Source of the DNA: Chamaesiphon sp.
GTDB lineage: Bacteria; Cyanobacteriota; Cyanobacteriia; Cyanobacteriales; Chamaesiphonaceae
NCBI GenBank assembly: GCA_965246715.1
Contig: CBDFFH010000015.1
Coordinates: 32,001-96,000, forward strand
DNA length: 64,000 nucleotides
Direction: 5' to 3'
Made by a program: the position numbers and the translations under genes. Each line of letters opens with the position of its first letter. Position 1 is the stretch's first letter. Under the pieces are notes generated by a model that saw nothing but the letters and a program-made list of their open reading frames with translations, was not told where the DNA came from and ran no database searches. Shown one piece after another: positions 20,520 through 31,239 of the stretch.

Positions 20520-20958
20520 GAGGATGTTTGAAAAGGGTTTTTGATGTGGCTCCACGCTCCACATCCCCCTAAATTCCCTTAAAAAGGCTACCGGGCGTTG
20601 CTGGATTGGGGTATGACTTACCGACCGCCGCTAAGGCGGCGCGCAAGCTTCGAGTGATATTTTCATCGATCGATTATCGCGAGCGATTGAATATGAAATT
20701 GGCAGTTAATTAAATTTCAGATAATCAAGGAGTAATCTAATAGTCCAATCGATCGAAAATTATCAAAACGAGGCTATAGGGATCGAAGGCTATAGTCTGA
20801 AAAAATCATGAATAACGTCCTCAGATCGCGATCGATTGTTATATTCGGTCAGATCTGGCACTCGATCGGGAATACTCACAGCAACCGATCGTTCGCCCAA
20901 ATGGTAGATTTATCCGGTTTAGATGAGAGCCACCGCAATTTACGCCCCCGATCGATCG

Positions 20959-20978
20959 TATAATGAGAATCATTCCCA
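20959..20978 (+). promoter_or_regulatory. -10 box overlapping a Zur/Fur-type 7-1-7 inverted repeat
   Basis: TATAAT at 20959-20964 overlaps TGAGAAT-C-ATTCCCA at 20964-20978 (cyanobacterial Zur consensus TGATAATnATTATCA), 13 nt upstream of the metal ABC ATPase start. Confidence 0.6.
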
Positions 20979-20991
20979 TACTTAGTCTTTC

Positions 20992-21738
20992 ATGTTAGAG
21001 GTTCAGCAATTAGCTGTCAATTACCGTGGGGTCCAAGGGTTAGACCATGTGAGCTTCAAAGTCGAGCCAGGTCAACTAGTTGGCTTGATCGGCCCGAATG
21101 GAGCGGGTAAAAGTACGCTGCTCAAAGCGATGCTGGGGCTAGTTCCGACGGCTAACGGCACAGTCAAATATTGCACCTGTCCGCTCTGTCAGCACCTCGA
21201 ACGCGTGGCATACGTCCCCCAGAGATCGCAAATCGACTGGGATTATCCGATTACCGTGTGGAATGTGGTGATGATGGCGCGAACGCGGCAACTGGGATGG
21301 TTTCGTCGTCCGGGCACAGCAGCAAAAGCGACCGTCAATGCCGCACTCGATCGGGTGGGGATGTTAGAACTCAAGGATAGGAGAATTGGCGAACTCTCAG
21401 GCGGACAGCAACAGCGGGTATTTTTAGCCCGCGCGCTCGCGCAACAAGCAGATTTATTTCTCTTTGACGAACCCTTTACTGGAGTGGATAAGAAAACTGA
21501 AGGGGTGCTGATTGAAGTCTTCAATGAATTGCGTTCGGCTGGTAAAATTCTGTTAGTCAGTACTCATGAATGGGGTCAGTCGTTGGATCGACTCGATCGA
21601 ATTTTGCTCCTCAATCAACGCTTAATCGCCGATGGCTCGCCCCAACAGGTGATGACCGCGCAAAACATCCAAGCGGCTTATGGAACTGCACTACACTACC
21701 ATAAGCATCAAGATCTGAGTGCAGAATTATTTTGCTAA
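20992..21738 (+). CDS. Zn/Mn ABC transporter ATP-binding subunit (ZnuC/MntA-like)
   Basis: GPNGAGKST, YVPQ...DWDYP, LSGGQQQRV.LARAL, DEP. Confidence 0.92.
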   Translation: MLEVQQLAVNYRGVQGLDHVSFKVEPGQLVGLIGPNGAGKSTLLKAMLGLVPTANGTVKYCTCPLCQHLERVAYVPQRSQIDWDYPITVWNVVMMARTRQLGWFRRPGTAAKATVNAALDRVGMLELKDRRIGELSGGQQQRVFLARALAQQADLFLFDEPFTGVDKKTEGVLIEVFNELRSAGKILLVSTHEWGQSLDRLDRILLLNQRLIADGSPQQVMTAQNIQAAYGTALHYHKHQDLSAELFC

Positions 21739-22042
21739 TAAATTATTGCCATTAATTTAAATAATACATAACAATTTTAAACAAAGGTATCAAAAGATAT
21801 TACCTAAATACACCATGTCTAGAAAAATAGAGAGCTGTAGGATATAAATTTTTTTGATTAGTCTCAAAGCCTGTAGGGTGGGCATTGCCCACCCTACTCA
21901 TTAGAATACTTTATTGTGGCAGCGCTAACCATACAGTAAATATTTACAACTTATGCTCTCAGGGATTTTCTATAACGACATACAATTTTTCCGATTCTAC
22001 AGAGATGGTGTTTTTCTAGATTGCTTAATTAAAGGGGGCGAG

Positions 22043-23553
22043 CAGGTTAAACGCACTTAAATTTGTTATTACTAAAAACTTTGACGATCGAATGAATAAA
22101 TAGCATCTAGAAATCTTGTAATTACTGCTAGGTAATAGTTAGAGCTAATTAACTATGTTAGAATTTAACAAATTTAATTTAACTAAAATGAAGCTGAAGC
22201 CAAAATATAGTATTATAGAACACTTCGAGAGTGTAGAAGACTACAGGACAGAGCGCGGGAAAAAGCATAAATTAATTGATATCATCACCATTACCATTTG
22301 TGCTGTAGTATCTGGAGCTGATACATGGATAGATATAGAAATTTATGGTTTGGCGAAGAAGGAATGGCTAGGTAAATTTTTAGAGTTGCCGCATGGTATT
22401 CCATCACATGATACATTTGGAAGGGTATTTTCACGAATTAATCCTGAAGAATTTCAAAAAAGTTTCCTGAGTTGGGTTAAAGGAATATCTAAAATAACAG
22501 CAGGAGAAATAATTGCACTTGACGGCAAACAATCTCGAAATTCAGGAGATAATACTAATGGACAAGGTGTACTAAATACTGTTAGTGCATGGGCTGTAAC
22601 TAATAGATTAGTATTAGGACAGAAAATGGTTGAGGGCAAATCTAATGAAATCACAGCACTTCCTGAATTAATTAAAGTTCTAGATTTAGCCGGATGTATA
22701 GTTACCATTGATGCAATGGGATGTCAAAGAGAAATAGTAAAAAAAATTGTTGAAAAAGATGCAGATTATGTAATTGCTGTGAAAAAGAATCAACCAAGTT
22801 TATACGACCAAGTAGAAAGGCTATTTAAACAGGCTATTGCAACTGGTGGCGCAGGTTTCAATCTGAGTGATTTCAGGACTAAGGAGATTAATGGGGGTAG
22901 GGAAGAAATCCGTAATTATTTAATGATATCAGATGTTGCCGATCGAATAGATTCATCCCATAACTGGATGAAATTGACTAGTATTGCGATGGTTGAATCA
23001 GTAAGAACTATTGGGGATAAAACCACCATAGAGACTCGTTATTTTATTAGTAGTTTAGCTAATAATGCCAAGAGAGTCGCCGGAGCAATTAGAGGTCATT
23101 GGGGGATAGAAAATTCACTTCATTGGGTACTTGATGTTTCTTTAAGAGAAGATTATAGTCGAATTAGGAAAGATAATGCGCCAGCTAATTTTGCAGTATT
23201 ACGGCACATAGCTATTAACTTAATTAGTCAAAATAAAAGTCGGAAATTAAGTGTGAAAAGCAAGAGATTTCTAGCAGGTATAGATGACAAATACTTGGCT
23301 GAAATTTTAGAAGGTATTTTATAATTTACGAACTATTGGTTGAAATCAAATTACTTCTATAATATATCGACGATTTAAGTTATTCCTTCGATCGACTACT
23401 TTATATTGCATTAAATTAAATAAATATTGCCTTATACTATACATCAGTTCTAATTGAATTCGTCGTAAATGTATTTAGTTCATAAATACTGCTTAAGTTG
23501 TATGTATTATTGAATTCGATCGCCTCATATCAAGTTTTGATGCGTTTAACCTG
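22043..23553 (+). mobile_element. ISAs1-family insertion sequence
   Basis: TIRs CAGGTTAAACGCA / TGCGTTTAACCTG. 10-bp TSD AGGGGGCGAG at 22033-22042 and 23554-23563. AT-rich. Confidence 0.95.
22155..23324 (+). CDS. ISAs1 (H-repeat) transposase
   Basis: GIPSHDTF.RVF, IALDGK, KSNEITA.P, TIDAMGCQ, K.NQP, R.HWGIENSLHWVLDV. The start may be 22188. Confidence 0.95.
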   Translation: MLEFNKFNLTKMKLKPKYSIIEHFESVEDYRTERGKKHKLIDIITITICAVVSGADTWIDIEIYGLAKKEWLGKFLELPHGIPSHDTFGRVFSRINPEEFQKSFLSWVKGISKITAGEIIALDGKQSRNSGDNTNGQGVLNTVSAWAVTNRLVLGQKMVEGKSNEITALPELIKVLDLAGCIVTIDAMGCQREIVKKIVEKDADYVIAVKKNQPSLYDQVERLFKQAIATGGAGFNLSDFRTKEINGGREEIRNYLMISDVADRIDSSHNWMKLTSIAMVESVRTIGDKTTIETRYFISSLANNAKRVAGAIRGHWGIENSLHWVLDVSLREDYSRIRKDNAPANFAVLRHIAINLISQNKSRKLSVKSKRFLAGIDDKYLAEILEGIL

Positions 23554-23847
23554 AGGGGGCGAGGGAGGACTAATCGATCGACAACAAATCCAAGCATGGT
23601 TTTGCAAAGAGGAATTAAAAAAAGGTATTTTACAAGGAACTATAGTCACAAAGGTGAAATAGTTACATTCATGACACCAGGACATTTTGGGAATGGTTCC
23701 TCGATCGACTATGAGGGTAGGTATAAAAATGATTATTTAAGATTAAACTCTTTAGATCACAATACGGGGCGCAACATAAAAGATAAAATATTTGTAATAT
23801 TAATATAATTGACCAACTTCAATAATCCAAAATTCAAAATCGATTTG

Positions 23848-24714
23848 ATGTTAGAAATAATTACCACACCTTGGCATTATGAATTCATGCGCCACGCGAT
23901 CGCAATCGGCATTTTAGTCGGGATTTTATGTCCGGTGGTGGGGAGTTATTTGATCGTGCAACGAATGGCGTTATTTGGCGATGTCATCGCGCATTGTGTA
24001 TTGCCAGGATTGTCACTGTCCTTCTTTTTGGGGATAGATATTCTTATCGGTGCGTTTATTTCGGGGATTTTGGGTGCGGGGGCGATTTCGTGGATTCGAT
24101 CGCAAGCACGGGTGAAGGTAGATGCCGCGATGGCGCTGACGTTTTCGAGCTTTTTTGCAATGGGAGTATTGCTGATTAGTCTGCTGAAAAATAATGTGGA
24201 TCTAGATAGTTTTCTATTTGGCGATATTTTGGGTGTGAGATTGACAGATGTTTATCGAACATCGATTGTCACGATCGGGATTTTAGCAGTAGTGTGGTTA
24301 TTCTATAAGGAATTATTGTTTTATACATTCGATCGAACTGGGGCGACAGCGATGGGGTTGCCTGTAAATGCGATTAATTTGGGGTTTATGGCGGCGGTGA
24401 CGCTGACGATTATCGCTAGTATGAAGGCAGTAGGGGTGATTTTGGTAATTGCGCTATTGGTTGGCCCTGCTTTGACAGCATACTTACTGGTGAAGGAGTT
24501 GCATCAGATGATGCTGGTGGGGGCAATTATCGGCTCGATCGCGAGTATCGGTGGCGTGTATATTAGTTTCTATGTCAAACACGTACCATCTGGCCCCGCG
24601 ATCGTCTTGGTGTCTTCGAGTTTATTTGTGTTGGCGTTATTATTTAGTCCATCTCAGGGGATTTTGACTCGGAACCGCTCGTCCAGTCCGGCGCCGATGC
24701 AGAGCGGGGAGTAA
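23848..24714 (+). CDS. Zn/Mn ABC transporter permease (ZnuB/MntB-like)
   Basis: GD.IAH.VLPG, FLFGDILGV, KEL....FD, VGVILV.ALLV.PA. Confidence 0.92.
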   Translation: MLEIITTPWHYEFMRHAIAIGILVGILCPVVGSYLIVQRMALFGDVIAHCVLPGLSLSFFLGIDILIGAFISGILGAGAISWIRSQARVKVDAAMALTFSSFFAMGVLLISLLKNNVDLDSFLFGDILGVRLTDVYRTSIVTIGILAVVWLFYKELLFYTFDRTGATAMGLPVNAINLGFMAAVTLTIIASMKAVGVILVIALLVGPALTAYLLVKELHQMMLVGAIIGSIASIGGVYISFYVKHVPSGPAIVLVSSSLFVLALLFSPSQGILTRNRSSSPAPMQSGE

Positions 24715-24719
24715 GAGAT

Positions 24720-25934
24720 ATGGAGGCGAGCGAGAAATGGTTATCGGTAATTGGGGTTGGGGAATCGGGGTTGGGGGAGCTGAGCCAAGTCGCGCGGGGA
24801 TTGGTAGATCGCGCCAAAATTCTCATTGGTGGCAAGCGGCATTTAGCGATGTTAGATCTCAGCGATCCTCGCGATTGTATCGTTTGGACATCGCCGATTG
24901 AAGATTCGATCGAAATAATCCTCAAATATCGCGGTGCTCCAGTCTGTATCCTGGCTAGCGGCGATCCATTGTGTTATGGAGTCGGGGTGACGTTATTGCG
25001 CTATATCTCGATCGAGGAAATGACAATTATTCCCGCACCGTCTACATTTAGCCTGATTTGTGCCAGGTTGGGTTGGTCGCTGGCGGCGGTCGAAACCTTG
25101 AGTCTGTGCGGACGTTCGCCAGACTTTTTGACAGGGATGCTAGCACCAGGCGCAAAGTTATTAGTTTTGAGTGCGGATGCCAGTACGCCGCAAATCGTGT
25201 CAGATTTACTCGAAAAACGGGGGTATGGGGACAGTCAGCTGACAGTATTAGAACATTTGGGTGGCGAACGCGAACGATCGATTACCGGAATCGCGAGATC
25301 TTGGTCTAAATCGGATGTAGCGGCATTAAATGCGATTGCGATCGCATGTGTCATTCAGAACGATACCACCCCCTTAAATCGCCTGGCGGGATTGCCTGAC
25401 AGCGCATATCATCACGATGGACAACTGACTAAGCGGGAAGTCCGCGCGATTACCTTAGCGGCCCTTGCGCCGATGCCAGGAGAATTACTGTGGGATGTGG
25501 GTGCGGGGTGCGGTTCGATCGGGATTGAGTGGTTGCGAAGTCATCCTCGGTGCCGCGCGATCGCGATCGAACAACACGATCGACGCTTACAATTTATTAC
25601 TGATAATATGGCTGCTTTGGGTACGCCGCACTTGCAATTAGTGCAGGGTAAGGCACCCGCAGCCTTACAAGCTTTACCGACTCCGGATGCGATTTTTATC
25701 GGCGGTGGTACGACTTCTGAGGGGTTATTAGATACCTGCTGGACGGCATTGCGATCGGGTGGTCGGTTGGTCGTGAACGCGGTAACGATAGAAAGCGAGT
25801 TGCAGCTGTTACAATGGCACCAACAAGTAGGTGGCGAATTAACTCGCATCGCGATTCAACGCACTTATCCCATCGGTAGCTTTCTCGGCTGGAAACCGCT
25901 AATTCCAGTTACCCAACTGGTAGCAATCAAATAG
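24720..25934 (+). CDS. cbiET: Precorrin-6Y C5,15-methyltransferase (CbiE/CbiT fusion, CobL)
   Basis: LASGDPL.YGVG, GQLTKREVR, LWDVGAGCGSIGIEW, PDAIFIGGG. Confidence 0.92.
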   Translation: MEASEKWLSVIGVGESGLGELSQVARGLVDRAKILIGGKRHLAMLDLSDPRDCIVWTSPIEDSIEIILKYRGAPVCILASGDPLCYGVGVTLLRYISIEEMTIIPAPSTFSLICARLGWSLAAVETLSLCGRSPDFLTGMLAPGAKLLVLSADASTPQIVSDLLEKRGYGDSQLTVLEHLGGERERSITGIARSWSKSDVAALNAIAIACVIQNDTTPLNRLAGLPDSAYHHDGQLTKREVRAITLAALAPMPGELLWDVGAGCGSIGIEWLRSHPRCRAIAIEQHDRRLQFITDNMAALGTPHLQLVQGKAPAALQALPTPDAIFIGGGTTSEGLLDTCWTALRSGGRLVVNAVTIESELQLLQWHQQVGGELTRIAIQRTYPIGSFLGWKPLIPVTQLVAIK

Positions 25935-25940
25935 CGATCG

Positions 25941-26165
25941 GCGTTAGCTTGGGATAAGCGGAGTCTGGAGACTAAAGTCTCAGCTCATAATGCGAAGTCC
26001 GCCTACGCGGACTAGGATATTTAGTCCGCGTAGGCGGACTTTGTAACGTTAGCCCCGATTTGCGGAAAGTGCGATCTTGGGGAAACCCCAAGTAGAGCAC
26101 CTTTTCAAGACACAATCGAGGGCGGTACTGGAACGAAGCAAATATCTTTAACCCGAACTGTTGTT
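25941..26165. mobile_element. Degenerate IS982-ended MITE with REP-like doublet and one 51-nt cassette
   Basis: Ends GCGTTAGCTTGGGATAAG / TTTAACCCGAACTG. Colinear with the 62302-62645 element. Confidence 0.7.
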
Positions 26166-26228
26166 GAATCGGCCAACAACCAATCTAATTTCCTAGTATC
26201 CTAATAGATACAACTTATGTAAACTTTC

Positions 26229-27101
26229 ATGAAATGTATTATCAACCGTCGCGCCTTATTTTCGGCAAGCCACCGCTACTGGCTGCCGGAGATGAGCGAA
26301 GCGGAGAACCAAGCAGCATTTGGACTGTGCGCGCAACCATACGGACACGGACATAATTATGTCCTATATATCTCGCTATATGGGGATATCGACGACTATG
26401 GGATGGTATTGAATCTCTCCGATGTCAAGCACGTCATCAAAAAAGAAGTTACTGGACAACTCGACTATAGTTTTCTCAACGAAATCTGGCCGGAATTTAA
26501 ACAAACGCTACCCACTACTGAAAATATCACACGGGTAATTTGGCAAAGACTAGCGTCGCATTTACCCCTCGTCCGCATTCAGTTATACGAACATCCCGAA
26601 CTCTTCGCAGAATATACAGGAAAAGACATGGAAGCATCATTGACGATCGGTACTCATTTTAGCGCGGCGCATCGGTTGGCGTTGGACAGCTTGACGCTAG
26701 AGCAAAATAGCGAAATTTATGGCAAATGCGCGCGGGTTAATGGCCACGGGCACAATTATCATCTCGAAGTGACCGTTACAGGCGAGATCGACGCTCGCAC
26801 GGGGATGATTGTAGATTTAGTTAAATTACACGAATTGGTATCAGAATATGCAGTAGATCCGTTAGATCATACATTCTTAAATAAAGATATTCCCCACTTT
26901 GCTAAAGTCGTTCCGACTGCGGAAAATATTGCTGTCTATATCGGACATCTGCTCGAACAGCCGATCGCAAAAATCGGGGCACAATTACACAAAATCAAAC
27001 TAGTCGAGAGTCCAAACAACTCCTGCGAACTACTTTGGAGTCAAGATTTTAGTACCTTAGCAACTCGTCAAATGGCTACAGTTGCGCTAGCTGGTGTCTA
27101 A
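26229..27101 (+). CDS. Duplicated-domain 6-pyruvoyl-tetrahydropterin synthase / QueD family protein
   Basis: Two FSA.HR...GHGHNY...PT.ENI units. Confidence 0.9.
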   Translation: MKCIINRRALFSASHRYWLPEMSEAENQAAFGLCAQPYGHGHNYVLYISLYGDIDDYGMVLNLSDVKHVIKKEVTGQLDYSFLNEIWPEFKQTLPTTENITRVIWQRLASHLPLVRIQLYEHPELFAEYTGKDMEASLTIGTHFSAAHRLALDSLTLEQNSEIYGKCARVNGHGHNYHLEVTVTGEIDARTGMIVDLVKLHELVSEYAVDPLDHTFLNKDIPHFAKVVPTAENIAVYIGHLLEQPIAKIGAQLHKIKLVESPNNSCELLWSQDFSTLATRQMATVALAGV

Positions 27102-27403
27102 AACTGTTGCGATAAGTTACAAATTTGGCGTTCGGATAAGCGAACACAAGATTTGGAGGCGGTCGTTTATAATCAGGTAAGGATGGCAGTCGATCGCCTG
27201 GTATCAGGCTACTGCGAACGGTATCGATAGTATCGCTGACAACTATCTTTTGGTGTAAATAATCCTACCTCACGCTTTGCCAAGCTACGATTATTTAGCG
27301 ACAACTGATAAAATCGGCAATAGTGTTTGTGGTAAATATAATTTTCACCACACGACAAGCGCAATCTGCTAGCCCTGTTCATTTGCAATAAGGATAAAAA
27401 AAC

Positions 27404-27853
27404 ATGAGCGATACACTAGAATCTACTCAATCCGCAGACACGACCACGATGGAAATTCCAGCAAATCCCCTCGGAATGAATGCTGGTGGAAGTGCGCCGA
27501 TTACTAAAGTTTCTCCCGACCTCTCTTCCGCTAATTTGCCAGACTGGATGAAACAGTCTGCTGACATTCTGGCCGAAGTTCCAGCTTACTTAGGACAAAT
27601 CTACCAAAACAACAAGAGTGCCGTCACGACACTAGGTTTATTTTTTGGTGTAATTGTCGGTATCAAGCTGACCCTTGCAATCCTTTCGGCAGTTAACGAA
27701 ATTCCATTGCTCGCACCAACTTTTGAATTGGTTGGTATCGGCTATACCTTCTGGTTCGTATGGCGCTATTTGCTCCAAGCTTCTACCAGAAGTGAATTGA
27801 CTAGCGAGATCGATGGTTTAAAATCAGAAATTTTCGGTAACCATAAAAAATAA
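27404..27853 (+). CDS. CAAD/CURT1-domain thylakoid curvature protein (CurT-like)
   Basis: AILSAVNEIPLLAPTFELVGIGYTFWFVWRYLL....R.EL. Confidence 0.9.
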   Translation: MSDTLESTQSADTTTMEIPANPLGMNAGGSAPITKVSPDLSSANLPDWMKQSADILAEVPAYLGQIYQNNKSAVTTLGLFFGVIVGIKLTLAILSAVNEIPLLAPTFELVGIGYTFWFVWRYLLQASTRSELTSEIDGLKSEIFGNHKK

Positions 27854-27887
27854 TTAAATTTATCGATTGAATCCAATCGGTTTTTAC

Positions 27888-27914
27888 CCACCTATCGATC
27901 GATAGGTGGTTTTT
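27888..27914. terminator. Probable terminator hairpin built on a HIP1-like core
   Basis: CCACCTATCGATCGATAGGTGG followed by TTTTT, between convergent genes. Confidence 0.6.
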
Positions 27915-27986
27915 CAATAAAATCGAGTTACTAAAAAATGTCGAGTGGGCAACAATCGCCCGCCGGAAATTCGAGCTAAAATTGAG

Positions 27987-28505
27987 TTACTTTGAGAGCG
28001 TCCACCAACCGAATAAGCCAACGATCGTCAGAGCTAAGGCGATCGCGATAAAATTATTATCTTGAGTATCTACTTGGCTCAGATCTATAGGCGCATAGCG
28101 TTCTTCTAACGACTTTTCCTTTTTTGGTTGTGGTGCGATTGGGGGACTAGTCCCACCAGCTTTCCCCTCACGATCTTCTAGATGGGACAAATCGGGAATT
28201 TTAGTCAACCATTCATCTGGACGAACTAATTCAGGCGCTTGCATGATGTACAACATCCGCTTACTCGCTTGACGAGTATCGAGACTGGGATGATTTGTGA
28301 GCTGCTGACATAGTGCCTTTGCTTCCGATCCTTGTCCAGCCGCTTCATATGCCATTGCCAACCAAATTTGGATTTCCCCACCAATCTTTGTACTTGGCTG
28401 TACACGCGCGATCGCACTTAGTAAGTAACTTACTGCTTGGCGATAGTCTCCGCGTTCGAAGGCAATTCGTCCGGCTTGGTAATCGGGATCGAAAGAAGTC
28501 GTCAT
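27987..28505 (-). CDS. TPR-containing protein with C-terminal TM helix
   Basis: AFERGDYRQAV..L, GGEIQIWLAMAYEAAG, hydrophobic C-terminus. Start taken at MTTSFDP. Confidence 0.75.
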   Translation of the reverse strand: MTTSFDPDYQAGRIAFERGDYRQAVSYLLSAIARVQPSTKIGGEIQIWLAMAYEAAGQGSEAKALCQQLTNHPSLDTRQASKRMLYIMQAPELVRPDEWLTKIPDLSHLEDREGKAGGTSPPIAPQPKKEKSLEERYAPIDLSQVDTQDNNFIAIALALTIVGLFGWWTLSK

Positions 28506-28773
28506 GGCGCAATGCGGTGGAGTAAGATGTGTCAGTTTGAGGATGCCTATTATTAGGGTAACGCTGCTGTGAGGAGATTGAAACCTTGTCAGCACAGATA
28601 ATCCTACAAAATAACTTGTAGTTCTAAGATTTCAGATATGCTAGAACTCGAGGGTGCAGTTAGTCGATCGCGCCGATTCCTTCGGCTACCGCTGGTTATT
28701 GCATAATTACCGATCGCTCGAATGAGCGACCTTGGCAATTGATAATTTATAATTCATAATTCCTAATTTATTC

Positions 28774-29346
28774 GTGACTAAGCCAGAATCAACCGCCCCA
28801 ACTCCGCTACTGGTTCAATTATGGCAAAAGTGGGGTGAAACCATCCAGATCTTAGTTCTGGCACTAGCACTCGCTTTCTTCATTCGGACGTTTGTGGCCG
28901 AGCCGCGTTATATTCCGTCAGAGTCGATGTTACCGACTTTAGAGATCGGAGATCGATTGATCGTTGAGAAGCTCTCATACTACTCTCACCCACCCCATCG
29001 TGGGGACATTATCGTCTTCGCGCCACCCCCACAGTTGCAAGAGCAAGGTTATCTGGAAGACCAAGCTTTTATCAAGCGTGTTATCGGCTTACCTGGCGAT
29101 ACTGTCGCCGTGACAAAGGGTCGTGTTTCGATCGATCGGCAAGAACTCACCGAAACTTATATCGCCGAACCACCCAACTATGGGATGTCGCCAATGATCG
29201 TTCCGCCAGGACAACTGTTTGTGATGGGTGATAACCGCAACAATAGCAACGATTCGCATGTGTGGGGATTTTTACCCCAACGGAATATCGTCGGTCGTGC
29301 TTGTTTTCGATTTTGGCCGCTAGAACGCTTTGGTGGTGTTAACTAA
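28774..29346 (+). CDS. lepB: Signal peptidase I
   Basis: IPSESMLPTL..GDRL, IKRVIGLPGD, FVMGDNRNNSNDS. Confidence 0.95.
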   Translation: MTKPESTAPTPLLVQLWQKWGETIQILVLALALAFFIRTFVAEPRYIPSESMLPTLEIGDRLIVEKLSYYSHPPHRGDIIVFAPPPQLQEQGYLEDQAFIKRVIGLPGDTVAVTKGRVSIDRQELTETYIAEPPNYGMSPMIVPPGQLFVMGDNRNNSNDSHVWGFLPQRNIVGRACFRFWPLERFGGVN

Positions 29347-29569
29347 ATCTACATTCCCAACAAAAAGATCGACCTCTAGTTAGCTGAAGATCGATCGAAT
29401 ATGCTATAACCCGGATTTCCCTATCAAGGTGCGGTGATGCGCCCCTGTAAAAAGATATGTTGAATTTTGGCTGCTTAATTGATTAACCTAGATAAGCACG
29501 ACCATCATTCTGCAACCAATTTAACTCGCCTGCGATCGCTCGGGCATCATCCAATTTAAGGAGTTTCGC

Positions 29570-29947
29570 TTGTATTACTTTTCTCAAGATCCGCCATATT
29601 TCATTTTATTTGCTGGGCTATTTGCGGGGATTACCTGTGGTGCTGCTTTTGATGGCGCACTCCGGCAAAATGTCAAGGCATGGAGAGTCGATCGCGCAAA
29701 TATCAGTCTCGCTGAAAGCGACGATATGCCGATTAAATTGCCTTTTCTCGGTATTTGCGTTGGGATTATTTTCTTTCTTTCGGCTGGATTGGAGATTTTT
29801 GGATTCCCGACATTACTGGCTTATGGGATCTCCCTGCCACTGACACTATTTCTAGCCATCTTATTGTGGTTCCAATTGCGGGTCGTATTCAAGCAACTCG
29901 ATCGGGGCGGTTCGCCAGCGCTAGACTTGGATTCCTGGGAAGAGTAA
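29570..29947 (+). CDS. Conserved hypothetical membrane protein
   Basis: AAGGAG SD before the TTG start. About 3 TM helices, DPPYF..FAGL and G.PALDLDS. Confidence 0.7.
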   Translation: MYYFSQDPPYFILFAGLFAGITCGAAFDGALRQNVKAWRVDRANISLAESDDMPIKLPFLGICVGIIFFLSAGLEIFGFPTLLAYGISLPLTLFLAILLWFQLRVVFKQLDRGGSPALDLDSWEE

Positions 29948-30059
29948 CGATCGATGCGGGTTAAATAAACTTCGGCTGGAGATCTAAATCCCCCAACCCC
30001 CAGGGCTGTTTCATTGCTAGCATCCTAGCATGGAATAGCCCCAATATCTCTCTGCATTA

Positions 30060-30743
30060 CTATTCTTGCTCGTCCGACTTGCGTTCGCGCTGCTTCAATA
30101 AATCCACCCCCCACGAAGTACCGATTCTCGTCGCGCCAGCCATAATCATTTCTACCGCTCGATCGTGAGTCCGAATACCACCCGCAGCTTTAATTCCGAT
30201 TTGGTCTTTGGTCAAATCTTTCAGTAACCGCACATCTTCTACAGTGGCAGCACCACTCCAGCCAGTACCAGTTTTTAGCATCCGCGCCCCTGCTTCCATA
30301 CAGATCTGTGCGGCGATGATGCGTTCGGGTTGAGTCAGCAGCGACATTTCTAAAATTGCCTTAACTCCTTGTCCAGTAGATTCGCAGATTTCGGCAATTT
30401 CACGATGCACGTCATCGATCAGCCCTGCTTTCAACCAGCCGATATTGATGACAACATCTAATTCTTGGGCACCATTATCTACCGCCTCCTGAGCCTCATA
30501 CAGCTTGCTAGCCGTAGTCGTGGCTCCCGTCGGGAAACCGATGACAGTACAAATCTGGGGACGTTTATGATGCAATAGCGTCGTAACTTGCCGCACGTAG
30601 CAGGGATTGACACAAACAGCTGCAAAGCCATAGCGATCGGCTTCTTCACACCATTGTTCTACCATCATCGGGGTAGCTGCGGCACTGAGTAAGGAATGGT
30701 CGATAAATGGTGCTATATCTAAATTAGACTCTTCGGTTCGCAT
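30060..30743 (-). CDS. deoC: Deoxyribose-phosphate aldolase
   Basis: [51 protein letters not shown]. Confidence 0.95.
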   Translation of the reverse strand: MRTEESNLDIAPFIDHSLLSAAATPMMVEQWCEEADRYGFAAVCVNPCYVRQVTTLLHHKRPQICTVIGFPTGATTTASKLYEAQEAVDNGAQELDVVINIGWLKAGLIDDVHREIAEICESTGQGVKAILEMSLLTQPERIIAAQICMEAGARMLKTGTGWSGAATVEDVRLLKDLTKDQIGIKAAGGIRTHDRAVEMIMAGATRIGTSWGVDLLKQRERKSDEQE

Positions 30744-30768
30744 ATATTCACATCGATCGATACAACCA

Positions 30769-31239
30769 CTAGGTTAACCTACCGCCCAACAATCGATCTT
30801 CGATAATGAATACGATTAACTCGCGTGTAGGCTCGGTAACGAGCGCGACATGGCTGGCAATCCCGAGGGGACTAGTGGTACGAATATCTTGTGGGAGCTG
30901 GCGAATGCGATCGATCGGGACGACAACGAGAGTCGGTACCGGATCGGCTGGGATGCCATATAAAGTGCCAACAGCATCTTTAAAAATCGTCCATGCTGTC
31001 GGCACTAATAAACTACTGCCGAAGACCCAGTCGTGAAGATCGAGCAACTCGACATTTGCGAGCGCGCTAAAATCATTACGAGTGTTGGTAATATCGACGA
31101 TCCGTTCGACTCTGCCGAGCGGGAGACCAAACCAGACTTCCTCGATAGTAAACACCAGCAACTCGATCGCTGGGTCGCTTGTGCTAGTCAGATCTGGACT
31201 AGAGTGGTGGATGGAATTGGCATAAAGATGCTCGTTCAC
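30769..31239 (-). CDS. CheW-like protein (divergent)
   Basis: LLVFTI....FGLP...V.RIV, YGIP.D.VPTL. Overlaps the cheA stop codon. Confidence 0.65.
   Translation of the reverse strand: MNEHLYANSIHHSSPDLTSTSDPAIELLVFTIEEVWFGLPLGRVERIVDITNTRNDFSALANVELLDLHDWVFGSSLLVPTAWTIFKDAVGTLYGIPADPVPTLVVVPIDRIRQLPQDIRTTSPLGIASHVALVTEPTRELIVFIIEDRLLGGRLT

Noticed and set aside
23596..23808. 70-aa AT-rich ORF after ISAs1
   Set aside because: No recognisable motif. It may be a remnant but cannot be supported.
30003..30042. Tiny inverted-repeat element GGGCTGTTTCATT...ATGGAATAGCCC
   Set aside because: It could be a collapsed MITE or a terminator. It is single-copy here with no clear TSD.
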